Positions 1-8,478 of a DNA stretch of 37,023 bases are shown in pieces. The DNA is from an uncultured Bacteroides sp. (GTDB taxonomy: Bacteria > Bacteroidota > Bacteroidia > Bacteroidales > SM23-62): the NCBI GenBank assembly GCA_964627835.1, contig CAZVLG010000485.1:1-37023 (forward strand). Direction: 5' to 3'. Position 1 is the stretch's first letter, and each line of letters begins with the position of its first letter. The notes under the pieces are model-generated. The model did not search any database, was not told where the DNA came from, and was given only the letters and a program-made list of their open reading frames with translations. Position numbers and translations under genes: made by a program.

Positions 1-2
1 TG

Positions 3-1481
3 CTGGCCGGGGGACTCACCATGGACGAGATCCCGTACTGGCGGGACGGGACGCTTGAGAAATACACCCCTTCCGGGGATTACGTGGTCGTGAAATTCGC
101 CCGCTGGGCCTTCGAGAAATTCGAAAACCTGGAAGACAAGCTCGGCACGCAGATGCAGGCCGTGGGGGAAGTGATGAGCATCGGGAAAAACTACAAGGAA
201 GCCCTGCAGAAAGCCATCCGCTCGCTGGAGATCGGACGCTACGGGCTGGGATTTGCCAGGGATTTCAACTCAAAATCCCTGGACGAGCTCATGGCCCTGC
301 TCAAGCACCCGTCCAGCGAACGGCAGTTCATCCTGTACGAGGCCCTGCGGAAAGGGGCCGATGTGCAGACTCTTTTCGAAAAGACACATATCAAAACCTG
401 GTTCCTTTCCCAGATGAAGGAACTGGTGGAACTGGAAGAGCGCATTCTTGAATTCAGCTGGGCGGACCTGCCGGATGAGATCCTCCTGCAGGCAAAAAAA
501 GACGGGTTTGCCGATAAGTACCTGTCCCGGCTGCTGAAGGTCCCCGAAAAGGAGATCCGGGAAAAACGCATTAACCTGGGACTTACCCAGGCATGGGAAC
601 CCGTGCCGGTGAGCGGGGTCGAAAATGCCGCCTATTATTTCTCGACCTACAACGCTCCCGATAAAGTGGAGGTAAGCGGCAGGAAGAAGATCATGGTGCT
701 GGGCGGGGGACCGAACCGGATTGGGCAGGGGATCGAATTCGACTACTGCTGCGTGCATGCCGCGTTTGCCATCCGCAACGCCGGTTACGAATCGATCATG
801 GTGAATTGCAACCCGGAGACCGTTTCGACGGATTACGACACTTCCGACAAGCTCTATTTTGAGCCGCTGACCGCGGAGGATGTCCTGAGCATCTATGAAA
901 AGGAAAAACCGGAGGGGGTGATTGTGCAGTTCGGGGGACAAACACCGCTGAACCTGGCCAGCGAGCTGGCCGAGGCCGGGGTGAAGATCCTGGGCACCAG
1001 CCCGGATACGATCGATTTGGCTGAAGACCGGGACCGGTTCCGCCAGATCATGCGCAAGCTGGGCATCCCGCAGCCGGAATCGGGAATGGCAAGCACCCTG
1101 GAGGAAGCCAAGGAAATCGCGGAAAGGATCGGGTACCCGCTGATGGTAAGGCCCTCGTACGTCCTGGGCGGCAGGGCTATGAAGATCATCCTGGATGAGG
1201 ATATGCTGGAGCAGTATGTCACGGAAGCCGTCGAAGTTTCCCCCGAAAGGCCCCTGCTGATCGACCTGTTCCTGGAAGATGCCATCGAAGCGGAAGCCGA
1301 TGCCATCTCCGATGGCACGGAAGCTTTTGTCCCCGCGGTCATGCAGCACATTGAATACGCGGGGATCCATTCCGGGGACTCGGCCTGCGTGATCCCGCCA
1401 GTCATCATCCCGGAAAAACACCAGGAAACGATCCGGGAGTATACCCGCAAGATCGCGATCGAACTGAGGTGGTCGGCCTGA
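3..1481 (+). CDS. carB: carbamoyl-phosphate synthase large subunit, 5'-truncated by the window edge; upstream piece of a frameshift-split carB
   Basis: Frame 3 is open from nt 3, so the gene continues upstream. CarB hallmarks: YVVVKFARWAFEKF...TQMQAVGEVMSIG, then the second ATP-grasp MVLGGGPNRIGQGIEFDYCCVHA...NCNPETVSTDYD...GYPLMVRPSYVLGGRAM. It ends at TGA 1479-1481 only because of the 1-nt indel described in findings. Confidence 0.9.
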   Translation: MAGGLTMDEIPYWRDGTLEKYTPSGDYVVVKFARWAFEKFENLEDKLGTQMQAVGEVMSIGKNYKEALQKAIRSLEIGRYGLGFARDFNSKSLDELMALLKHPSSERQFILYEALRKGADVQTLFEKTHIKTWFLSQMKELVELEERILEFSWADLPDEILLQAKKDGFADKYLSRLLKVPEKEIREKRINLGLTQAWEPVPVSGVENAAYYFSTYNAPDKVEVSGRKKIMVLGGGPNRIGQGIEFDYCCVHAAFAIRNAGYESIMVNCNPETVSTDYDTSDKLYFEPLTAEDVLSIYEKEKPEGVIVQFGGQTPLNLASELAEAGVKILGTSPDTIDLAEDRDRFRQIMRKLGIPQPESGMASTLEEAKEIAERIGYPLMVRPSYVLGGRAMKIILDEDMLEQYVTEAVEVSPERPLLIDLFLEDAIEAEADAISDGTEAFVPAVMQHIEYAGIHSGDSACVIPPVIIPEKHQETIREYTRKIAIELRWSA

Positions 1482-2233
1482 TGAACATCCAGTATGCCAT
1501 TTACGAGGACATTGTCTACATACTGGAAGCAAATCCAAGGGCATCGCGGACCGTTCCCCTGGTATCCAAGGTATGCAATATATCCATGGCCAGGATCGCC
1601 ACCCAGATCCTGCTCGGGAAAAAACTTTCCGATTTTGACCTGGAAGCCGGCAAATTTGAACATTTCGGGGTCAAGGAAGCGGTGTTCCCCTTCAACATGT
1701 TCCCCGATGTCGACCCCCTGCTCAGTCCCGAGATGCGTTCGACGGGGGAGGTCCTGGGACTGGCGGAAAGCTACGGACTGGCCTTTTTCAAATCGCAGGA
1801 AGCAACCCAGACCAGCCTGCCCCTTGAGGGTACCGTACTGATCACCATCGCCGACAGGGACAAGGAGAAAATCCTGGAGTTTGCCGGGAATTTCCGGGAC
1901 ATGAAGTTCAACATCATGTCCACCGGGGGTACCAAGCAATTCCTGGAAGAACACGGCATCGAATGCGAGTACATAAAGAAGGTGCACGAGGGCCGGCCCA
2001 ACATCGTTGACGCCATAAAGAACGGGGTGATCAACCTGGTGGTCAACACCCCTGCCGGGAAACAGAGCGAGTACGACGATTCCTACATCCGCAAGAACGC
2101 CATCAAGTACAAGGTCCCCTATATTACCACCACCTCGGCGGCCCTGGCCGCGACCAAGGGCATCAAGGACAGGCGGAACGGCGCCTACAAGGTGAAATCA
2201 CTGCAGGAATACCACCTGGGCATAAAGAAATAA
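1469..2233 (+). CDS. carB: carbamoyl-phosphate synthase large subunit, downstream piece (rest of second ATP-grasp plus MGS-like allosteric domain)
   Basis: Frame 2 resumes CarB exactly where frame 3 stops: VVGLMNIQYAIYEDIVYILEANPRASRTVPLVSK (recalled E. coli CarB: ...VRGLMNVQFAV...EVNPRAARTVPFVSK). An MGS-like domain follows (GTVLITIADRDKEKI...GGT...HEGRPNIVD). The apparent start (GTG 1469 or ATG 1481) is an artefact of the split. Stop TAA 2231-2233. Confidence 0.9.
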   Translation: MVGLMNIQYAIYEDIVYILEANPRASRTVPLVSKVCNISMARIATQILLGKKLSDFDLEAGKFEHFGVKEAVFPFNMFPDVDPLLSPEMRSTGEVLGLAESYGLAFFKSQEATQTSLPLEGTVLITIADRDKEKILEFAGNFRDMKFNIMSTGGTKQFLEEHGIECEYIKKVHEGRPNIVDAIKNGVINLVVNTPAGKQSEYDDSYIRKNAIKYKVPYITTTSAALAATKGIKDRRNGAYKVKSLQEYHLGIKK

Positions 2234-2312
2234 TGCCGGGCAGGCCGCGATCTCCTAGCCCTGGTATAGCCCATCAGGTCCCGGGAAGAAAATCCTCACC
2301 GGTCCGCTGCCT

Positions 2313-2501
2313 CTATTCCACCAGCACTTTTCCCGTGAAGATGCTCCCGGCACCGATCCGCAGCAGGTAGATCCCGGGCGGGAGGCCGGACCTGTGGAGA
2401 AGTATCCTGTGCCCTTCGATCTGCGCGTCAGCCATCATCCGGTTGGTCCCGCCCTCATAAAAAATTCTTGATGACCTGTGAATCAAGGATATGAAATTCA
2501 A
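2313..2501 (-). pseudogene. orphan remnant of a T9SS (Por) C-terminal sorting domain
   Basis: 62-codon ORF whose tail ...RSGLPPGIYLLRIGAGSIFTGKVLVE matches only the last strands of a T9SS CTD. It has no signal peptide and no cargo domain. The space upstream of it is taken by the start of the TonB-receptor gene on the other strand. Confidence 0.35.
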
Positions 2502-2523
2502 AAGGATTCCATAACTTAATCCT

Positions 2524-4971
2524 TTGAAACATTACAAAATGATCGCCCCCAGGGGATTTATTTCAGCCTTCCTGTTTCTCATGTTTGCGGGTTGCACATC
2601 GCTGCTGGCGCAGGAACTGTCGCAACCGTCGGTGAATGTGCAATCGCAATCCGGGCCAGAGGCGCAGTCCCAGCCAAAGGCACCGGTGCAGACCGTGCGG
2701 GGGGTGGTGATGGACCGCACCACGGGGGTGCCGCTGCCGGGGGCCACGGTGCTGCTGAGGTCGGACGGGGAAATGGACGGGACGGTCACGGACCGGGACG
2801 GGGTGTTCCGCTTTACGGGGGTCAGCGTCGGTAGGTACACGGTCGAGGCAAGGTTCGTCGGTTACGAGCCGCAGGCCATCGCGGAAGTCCTGGTGAGCTC
2901 GGCACGGCCGGTGGTGCTGGAGTTTCAATTAAAGGAGGCGGTTTCCGAGATCCGCTCGGTGGACGTAAAGGCACAGGTGCGCAAGGACATCCCGCTGAAC
3001 CAGATGGCGACCCTGAGTGCGCGGACCTTCACGGTGGAGGAAACCCGGCGGTATGCCGGGGGATTCGATGACCCGGGACGCATGGCGGCAGCATTCGCAG
3101 GCGTAGCCGGGGGAAGCCCGAATGACAACGCGCTGTCGATCCGGGGGAACGCACCAAAGGCGCTCACCTGGCGCATCGAGGGGGTGAACGTCCCCAATCC
3201 CAATCATTTTGCAGGCATGCTGGTGGAAGGCGGGGGAATCGTCTCCCTGCTGAGCGCCCAGCTTTTGAACAATTCGGATTTCTATACGGGAGCCTTCCCG
3301 GCCGAATACGGGAACGCCCTTTCGGGGGTGTTCGATATGAACCTGCGGGCCGGGAATAACGAGAAGCGTGGATGGGGACTGCAGCTTGGCACCCTGGGGG
3401 CCGATGTCTTTGGCGAGGGGCCTTTCGTAAAGGGGAAGCAGGCTTCCTATGTTTTCAATTACCGCTATGCAACCACCGCCCTGCTGAAGGACCTGATCCC
3501 CGAGGGACAACTGCCCGTCTACCAGGACCTGAGCTTCAAGCTGAATTTCCCTGCAGGGAAGGCAGGGGTGTTTTCCATCTGGGCGGTCGGGGGACTCGAC
3601 CGTAACGGTTCGGAGCCCCTGGAAGATTCGACGCAGTGGACCTCTAACTGGGACCGCTCCCGCTATACCTGGAGAGGGAAGATTGCCATGCTGGGATTGA
3701 CCCACCGGATCATCCTGGCCCAGAATACGGCGCTGAGAAGCTCCTTCACCATGGCCATGAACCAGTTCAGCGACCGGGTGGAACTGCTTGAACCGGACGG
3801 AAGCTTCACCGAATACGAGTACCTTAAAAATTACACTACCATGATCAGCCTGCGCACGGTAATGACCCACCGGTTCAGCAGGCAGCTCTCAAACCGTTCG
3901 GGAATCTCGGCCGGGAGGCTGACCTACGACATCGAGGCAAGGGAGGCGGACCCGGATGTGCCGGGGATCCCGGTTCTCCAGGAAAACACGGGATCCGGCG
4001 TTACCGGCTACCTGCAGGGATTCACCCAGTTCCGGTGGGAGACTGGCGGGGGACTCGCACTTACCGCCGGGCTTAATTCCATGCTGTTCCTGCTGAACAA
4101 TTCCATAACGCTTGAGCCGCGCGTGGGACTCGAATACCGCGACCTGGATCAGAATTCCATCAGCATCGCCTACGGGAACCACGGGCAGATCGAACCGCTC
4201 CCGGCCTATTTCTACTGCGTGGAACCTTCCCCGGGCGTCTGCTTTCAGCCCAACCTCAGCCTCTCCCCCACCCGCTCCCACCACCTCGTGCTGGGATACA
4301 AGCGGCTGATCATCCGCGACCTCCGGCTCAACTTCGAGGCTTATTACCAGCACCTCTACCATGTGCCGGTCAGCCCGGGCGGCATCTATTCCATGATCAA
4401 TTTCAAGAACGAGTACCTGGTGAAGGATACCCTGGTCAATACCGGTACGGGACGCAACATGGGGATCGACCTGACCCTGGAAAAATATCTCACACAAAAC
4501 TATTATTTCCTGGTGACCGGATCCGTTTTTGACTCGAAATATGAGGGCGGTGACGGCCGCACCTATCGTACGCGCTGGGATTACGGGTTTGTGACGAATT
4601 TCCTCGGGGGAAAGGAGTTCATCCTGGGAAAGGACCGGGCAAAGATACTGGGGCTCAACGGAAGGTTCGTATTCCAGGGCGGGGAACGAACCCACCCGGT
4701 CGACGAGGAGGCTTCCCGGCAACAGCAGCGGGTCGTATACGATTACACCCGTGCCTGGGAAAGCCGCTTCCCCCATACCTTCTTCATCGACTTCACGGTG
4801 ACCTTCCGGATCAACAAGCCCAGGTACGCATCCGTCTGGGGGATACAGATCAAGAACCTCCTGCTGGAAAAATCAATCTACGAACACGTCTTCAATGAGA
4901 AAACCCAGTCCGTCGAGGTCCGTGGCGAAGGTTTCATCTTCCCCAACATAAGCTACAAGATCGAGTTCTGA
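2524..4971 (+). CDS. TonB-dependent receptor with N-terminal carboxypeptidase-regulatory-like domain
   Basis: 815 aa. Signal peptide (FLFLMFAGCTSLLAQ); CarboxypepD_reg-like segment (VRGVVMDRTTGVPLPGATVLL...DRDGVFRFTGV..GRYTVEARFVGY); plug-like segment (ALSIRGNAPKALTWRIEGVNVPNPNHF); long beta-rich C-terminal part ending ...ISYKIEF (terminal Phe typical of OM barrels). Start TTG 2524 or ATG 2539. No SusD-like partner adjacent. Confidence 0.85.
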   Translation: MKHYKMIAPRGFISAFLFLMFAGCTSLLAQELSQPSVNVQSQSGPEAQSQPKAPVQTVRGVVMDRTTGVPLPGATVLLRSDGEMDGTVTDRDGVFRFTGVSVGRYTVEARFVGYEPQAIAEVLVSSARPVVLEFQLKEAVSEIRSVDVKAQVRKDIPLNQMATLSARTFTVEETRRYAGGFDDPGRMAAAFAGVAGGSPNDNALSIRGNAPKALTWRIEGVNVPNPNHFAGMLVEGGGIVSLLSAQLLNNSDFYTGAFPAEYGNALSGVFDMNLRAGNNEKRGWGLQLGTLGADVFGEGPFVKGKQASYVFNYRYATTALLKDLIPEGQLPVYQDLSFKLNFPAGKAGVFSIWAVGGLDRNGSEPLEDSTQWTSNWDRSRYTWRGKIAMLGLTHRIILAQNTALRSSFTMAMNQFSDRVELLEPDGSFTEYEYLKNYTTMISLRTVMTHRFSRQLSNRSGISAGRLTYDIEAREADPDVPGIPVLQENTGSGVTGYLQGFTQFRWETGGGLALTAGLNSMLFLLNNSITLEPRVGLEYRDLDQNSISIAYGNHGQIEPLPAYFYCVEPSPGVCFQPNLSLSPTRSHHLVLGYKRLIIRDLRLNFEAYYQHLYHVPVSPGGIYSMINFKNEYLVKDTLVNTGTGRNMGIDLTLEKYLTQNYYFLVTGSVFDSKYEGGDGRTYRTRWDYGFVTNFLGGKEFILGKDRAKILGLNGRFVFQGGERTHPVDEEASRQQQRVVYDYTRAWESRFPHTFFIDFTVTFRINKPRYASVWGIQIKNLLLEKSIYEHVFNEKTQSVEVRGEGFIFPNISYKIEF

Positions 4972-4979
4972 AAAGGTGT

Positions 4980-5510
4980 TTACAGGAAATCCGGGATGGG
5001 GATCCTCACTCCCAGGTATACCTTCCACAAGGTGTGAAATCCTGCATAGACCTCGAACAGGTCCATCACGTTGTATCCAAGGTCCACTCCCACCCCGATG
5101 GCCAGGTCTTTGCTGTCGATGGTGTGGAAGCCCCCGTCACTGAAACCGCTGTCGAGGTAGTTTGTATAATGGATCCTTCTCCCGGCGGACAGTGTGGCCC
5201 GTACCGGGAAATTGTCCCGGAATACATAAGCGTACCCGGCATCCACCGACCAGAACCAGGATCCGCTGCCTTCAAGGGTTGCCCCGTGGCCCGATGGATC
5301 GTCTATAGGTTTTCCCCGTTCGTCGCCAAATTGCATGCTCCCGCCCAGGTGGAACTGGTGGATCTCATGCTGGTAATACAGGTCGGCCGAAGCGGTTTTC
5401 GAAAACCCGTAAGACAGTCCCACCCCGAACAGGACCTGGGCCTCCGCCCGTGTAAGCAGCATCGCCAATAAAACAACGGCCAGGGCCCGGTATTGTCTTC
5501 CTGCAGGCAC
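4980..5510 (-). CDS. small outer-membrane beta-barrel protein (family not assigned)
   Basis: 176 aa. Signal peptide (ALAVVLLAMLLTRAEAQ) and alternating amphipathic Gly/Tyr-rich strands (GVGLSYGF, VDAGYAYVF, GVGVDLGY). Assigned by pattern only. Confidence 0.55.
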   Translation of the reverse strand: MPAGRQYRALAVVLLAMLLTRAEAQVLFGVGLSYGFSKTASADLYYQHEIHQFHLGGSMQFGDERGKPIDDPSGHGATLEGSGSWFWSVDAGYAYVFRDNFPVRATLSAGRRIHYTNYLDSGFSDGGFHTIDSKDLAIGVGVDLGYNVMDLFEVYAGFHTLWKVYLGVRIPIPDFL

Positions 5511-5525
5511 AATAGGCGGTTTTTA

Positions 5526-6101
5526 TTACTCCCCTACCGAAAATATCTTAAAACCAATCTGGATCACGAAATAATTCAAACTGACTTCTTTCGTACCGCC
5601 TGTTGAAAGTGTGACCAGGTTTTCCCCTGTGACAATGTGGTACATTCCTGACAACCTGAAATTGCCAAAGGTGACTCCAATCTCCGGTGCCAGGCCGAAA
5701 TGATTTCCGGCGGAAATGGACGCAGAACCGGTACCCGAAGCGGAGGTATTCGCGATCGTATACCTTCCAAGTCCCAGTCCGACGAACGGTCTTGTATTGC
5801 TTTGTCCCACATAGAATTCCCCCTTTAAAAGGATGACCGCACGGGTTGAGAGTCCCACATTCAGATCCTCTGCCTGATCCGAAATTGTTCCACCGAACAG
5901 GACATCCCCCTCCAGCCTGAGTCCCGCACTGACACTGGGAATAATGAAAACCTTGGGTTCTGTGAAAGCTGCGATCCCGTAGGATTTAAAATCACCGAAG
6001 GTCAGGGCTCCGCCAAGACCGGCATCCAGTTTAAAATAAACGCCCTGTGCATTTGCGACAAGGGGTATCGATGCGATTAAAACAAGCATGAATTTTTTCA
6101 T
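5526..6101 (-). CDS. small outer-membrane beta-barrel protein (family not assigned)
   Basis: Start moved to ATG 6099-6101, which gives a clean signal peptide (MKKFMLVLIASIPLVANAQ). The 51-codon upstream extension in the track lacks one. 191 aa with Gly/Ser/Thr-rich amphipathic strands, ending ...IQIGFKIFSVGE. Hand-counted lines give roughly 30-53 % GC, below the flanking genes. Confidence 0.55.
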   Translation of the reverse strand: MKKFMLVLIASIPLVANAQGVYFKLDAGLGGALTFGDFKSYGIAAFTEPKVFIIPSVSAGLRLEGDVLFGGTISDQAEDLNVGLSTRAVILLKGEFYVGQSNTRPFVGLGLGRYTIANTSASGTGSASISAGNHFGLAPEIGVTFGNFRLSGMYHIVTGENLVTLSTGGTKEVSLNYFVIQIGFKIFSVGE

Positions 6102-6312
6102 GTTCCTGTATTTTTGATTATTACTCGAATTCCGGGAGAATGTTGTATACGGTTCCAAGAATACATTATGGCATAAGTTAGGGAAAAATAACTTAATTTT
6201 AATAGGCGTTTCATCCTCTCGGAGCCCGTCTTGCTCCAAGGGTCGGTCGGGCATCTCAGGTTTTATCTCATTTCCGTTCTCAATTTCTCAATGTTAAATC
6301 AATAATTGAGCG

Positions 6313-6870
6313 ATGAAAAAAATCCATTGGTCTCCGGTACTCCTCCTTTTTGCCATATTCCTGTCGGCCGGGGCACTCAAGGCACAGCAGGTGGTATCGG
6401 CCGCGGGAACCCATGCGGCCAGCGGTACGGCGCAACTTAGCTGGACCATCGGCGAACCGGTCTCGGGCACCCTGGCAGGCGGCGGCCATATCCTAACCCA
6501 GGGGATCCACCAGGGCTTGCTCCTGGTGGATGCGGTTGAAGGAAACCTGGAGCCGGGTTATTCCGTCTCCGTGTACCCGAATCCTGCCACGGAATGCCTG
6601 GTCCTGGAATTCCTGCATTTGCAGCAACAAAAGCTCGTGGGGCCGGGGAAGGGTTTCTACCTCCGGCTTTACGACGTGAACGGGAAATTGCTGCTGGAGG
6701 AACCGGTCGAACACCGGGTGACCCTTATCCCGATGGACGGGTATGCCTCGTCTTCGGTGTATTTTCTTCAGATCATCAGGCTCAATCGCAATATTCAACA
6801 TATGAAAAACGGGAGTGAAGGCCCCATGACCTCCCCTTTGGTTAAGACATTTAAAATCATCAAGCAATAA
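6313..6870 (+). CDS. small secreted protein with T9SS C-terminal sorting domain
   Basis: 185 aa. Signal peptide (VLLLFAIFLSAGALKAQ); short N-module (LSWTIGEPVSGTLAGGGHILTQGIHQG); CTD (VSVYPNPATECLVLEF...LYDVNGKLLLEE...VYFLQI...KTFKIIKQ). Its stop is 4 nt from the next start. Confidence 0.7.
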   Translation: MKKIHWSPVLLLFAIFLSAGALKAQQVVSAAGTHAASGTAQLSWTIGEPVSGTLAGGGHILTQGIHQGLLLVDAVEGNLEPGYSVSVYPNPATECLVLEFLHLQQQKLVGPGKGFYLRLYDVNGKLLLEEPVEHRVTLIPMDGYASSSVYFLQIIRLNRNIQHMKNGSEGPMTSPLVKTFKIIKQ

Positions 6871-6874
6871 GACC

Positions 6875-8431
6875 ATGAAAAAGTTATTTACCTTACTTTC
6901 TGCTATCTTGCTGACAGCCAGCCTGCTGGCACAGGCACCGGGATACTTCAGCTACCAGGCCGTGGTACGGGATGCCGGCGGCATCATCCTGACCAACACC
7001 ACGGTCGGTATGAAAATAAGCATATTGAAGGGGAGTAATGCCGGTCCGGCGGTCTGCGTCGAGGAATTCACGCCAACCACCGATGACTTCGGACTGGTAT
7101 CGCTTGCCATCGGGAGCAAGAATACCGTTGATTTTTCAGCCATAGACTGGTCCAAGGGTCCCTATTTCGTCCTGGTGGAACTCGATCCTGCCGGAGGCAC
7201 CAGCTACACCGAAATGGGCGCCACCGAACTGATGAGTGTTCCGTACGCCCTGTTTGCGAGGGAGGTGGAGTTTGCGGATGACGAGGATCCCGATCCGGCC
7301 AACGAGATCCAGGTCATCTCGATCAATAACGATTCACTCTTCCTGAGCGACGGGGGCGCCGTGTACCTCGGTTATCTCCTGGATAATGCGGATACCCAGA
7401 AACTGGTGCTCAACGGTCATTTCCTGTCCATCACCAACGGCAACGAAATTTCCCTGCCCTCGGTCTGGTACAGGATGGGCAACGATCTGTCGTACGATTC
7501 CGGGAAGGTGACGATCAACACACTGAACGGGGACATCCAGCTGCACCTGACCGATGTGTTCGATGCGGGTGGTTACAACCTTATCCTGGGCGATGATGCT
7601 TATCTTACGGATGTCGATATGATGAATACCCTGGGTATTTTCGGGATGTCCGATTCGACCGTGGCCTCCATTAAACTGGGAGGCGAGGGTCCCCTGCTCT
7701 CCGGGAGCAGCGACGGCTTGAGCATGAACAACCAGAAGATCGGCAACCTGGCGGACCCCGTCGATGCACAGGACGCCGCCACCAGGGCCTACGTCGATGC
7801 CCTGCTGGAAAGGCTGGACGAGCTGGAAGCCCTGACCGAGAAGGTAAAGGATGCCGACGGCAACCTGTATGCCGCCGTAAAGATCGGGGAGCAGGTCTGG
7901 ATGGCCTCCAATCTTAAAACCACCAAATACAACGACGAAACGGGTATAACACAGGTTACGGACGGTACGGACTGGAGCAATCTGAGCACGCCTGCCTACT
8001 GCTGGTATGACAACGATGAAAGCAGCTATAAAAACGATTACGGGGCCCTCTACAATTTCTACGTGGTTGAAACCGAAAAGCTTTGCCCGTCGGGCTGGCA
8101 TGTACCCAGCTACGGCGAATGGCTGACCCTCGAGACCTACCTGGGGGGCGTCAGCGTGGCCGGTGGTAAAATGAAGGAAACGGGCACGGTTCACTGGACA
8201 TCGCCCAACTCGGATGCCACCGACGAAAGTGGTTTCACGGGACTGCCGGGCGGCAAGCGCGATCCGGATGGAAATTATTTATCCATCAAGGACTACGGTC
8301 TTTGGTGGTCATCAACGGAGTCAGGGGAGACAAACGGCCTGGGCCGGTACCTGGAAAACGCCACCGGCATCCTGTCAAATTTTGGCGAAAGCAAGAAAAC
8401 AGGCGTTTCTGTAAGATGCATCAGGGATTGA
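6875..8431 (+). CDS. secreted FISUMP-domain (Fibrobacter succinogenes major paralogous domain) protein with tail-fibre-like middle region
   Basis: 518 aa with signal peptide. The N-module (FSYQAVVRDAGG...GMKISILKGS...EEFTPTTDDFGLVSLAIGS...VPYALFA) is common in Bacteroidota surface proteins. Next comes NLADPVDAQDAATRAYVDALLERLDELE. The C-terminal FISUMP signature is DADGNLYAAVKIGEQVWMASNLKTTKYND...GALYNF...CPSGWHVPSYGEW...GGKMKE...ESGFTGLPGG...GLWWSST...VSVRCIRD. Confidence 0.8.
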   Translation: MKKLFTLLSAILLTASLLAQAPGYFSYQAVVRDAGGIILTNTTVGMKISILKGSNAGPAVCVEEFTPTTDDFGLVSLAIGSKNTVDFSAIDWSKGPYFVLVELDPAGGTSYTEMGATELMSVPYALFAREVEFADDEDPDPANEIQVISINNDSLFLSDGGAVYLGYLLDNADTQKLVLNGHFLSITNGNEISLPSVWYRMGNDLSYDSGKVTINTLNGDIQLHLTDVFDAGGYNLILGDDAYLTDVDMMNTLGIFGMSDSTVASIKLGGEGPLLSGSSDGLSMNNQKIGNLADPVDAQDAATRAYVDALLERLDELEALTEKVKDADGNLYAAVKIGEQVWMASNLKTTKYNDETGITQVTDGTDWSNLSTPAYCWYDNDESSYKNDYGALYNFYVVETEKLCPSGWHVPSYGEWLTLETYLGGVSVAGGKMKETGTVHWTSPNSDATDESGFTGLPGGKRDPDGNYLSIKDYGLWWSSTESGETNGLGRYLENATGILSNFGESKKTGVSVRCIRD

Positions 8432-8450
8432 AACCCGGAAACGGAAGTTG

Positions 8451-8465
8451 TCCCGGTCGCCGGGA
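8451..8465. terminator. short GC hairpin between convergent genes (weak candidate bidirectional terminator)
   Basis: TCCCGG-tcg-CCGGGA lies in the 47-nt gap between the stops at 8431 (+) and 8479 (-). There is no U-tract, hence the low confidence. Confidence 0.2.
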
Positions 8466-8478
8466 GAGCGGCAAACAC

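Noticed and set aside
1455-1490. A natural two-gene carB arrangement or programmed frameshifting.
   Set aside because: The break falls inside a conserved strand of the second ATP-grasp domain with exactly one base missing. There is no slippery heptamer or stimulatory structure at the site.
270-1987. Long antisense ORFs opposite carB (270-1544 and 893-1987, minus strand).
   Set aside because: They are fully embedded opposite a strongly recognisable CarB reading frame. Their composition is Arg/Gly/Pro/His-rich and not protein-like. Such ORFs are a typical artefact of GC-rich DNA.
7990-8431. The FISUMP C-terminal domain as a possible diversity-generating-retroelement variable region.
   Set aside because: There is no reverse transcriptase, no template-repeat copy of this segment, and no adenine-specific mismatch pattern anywhere in the window.
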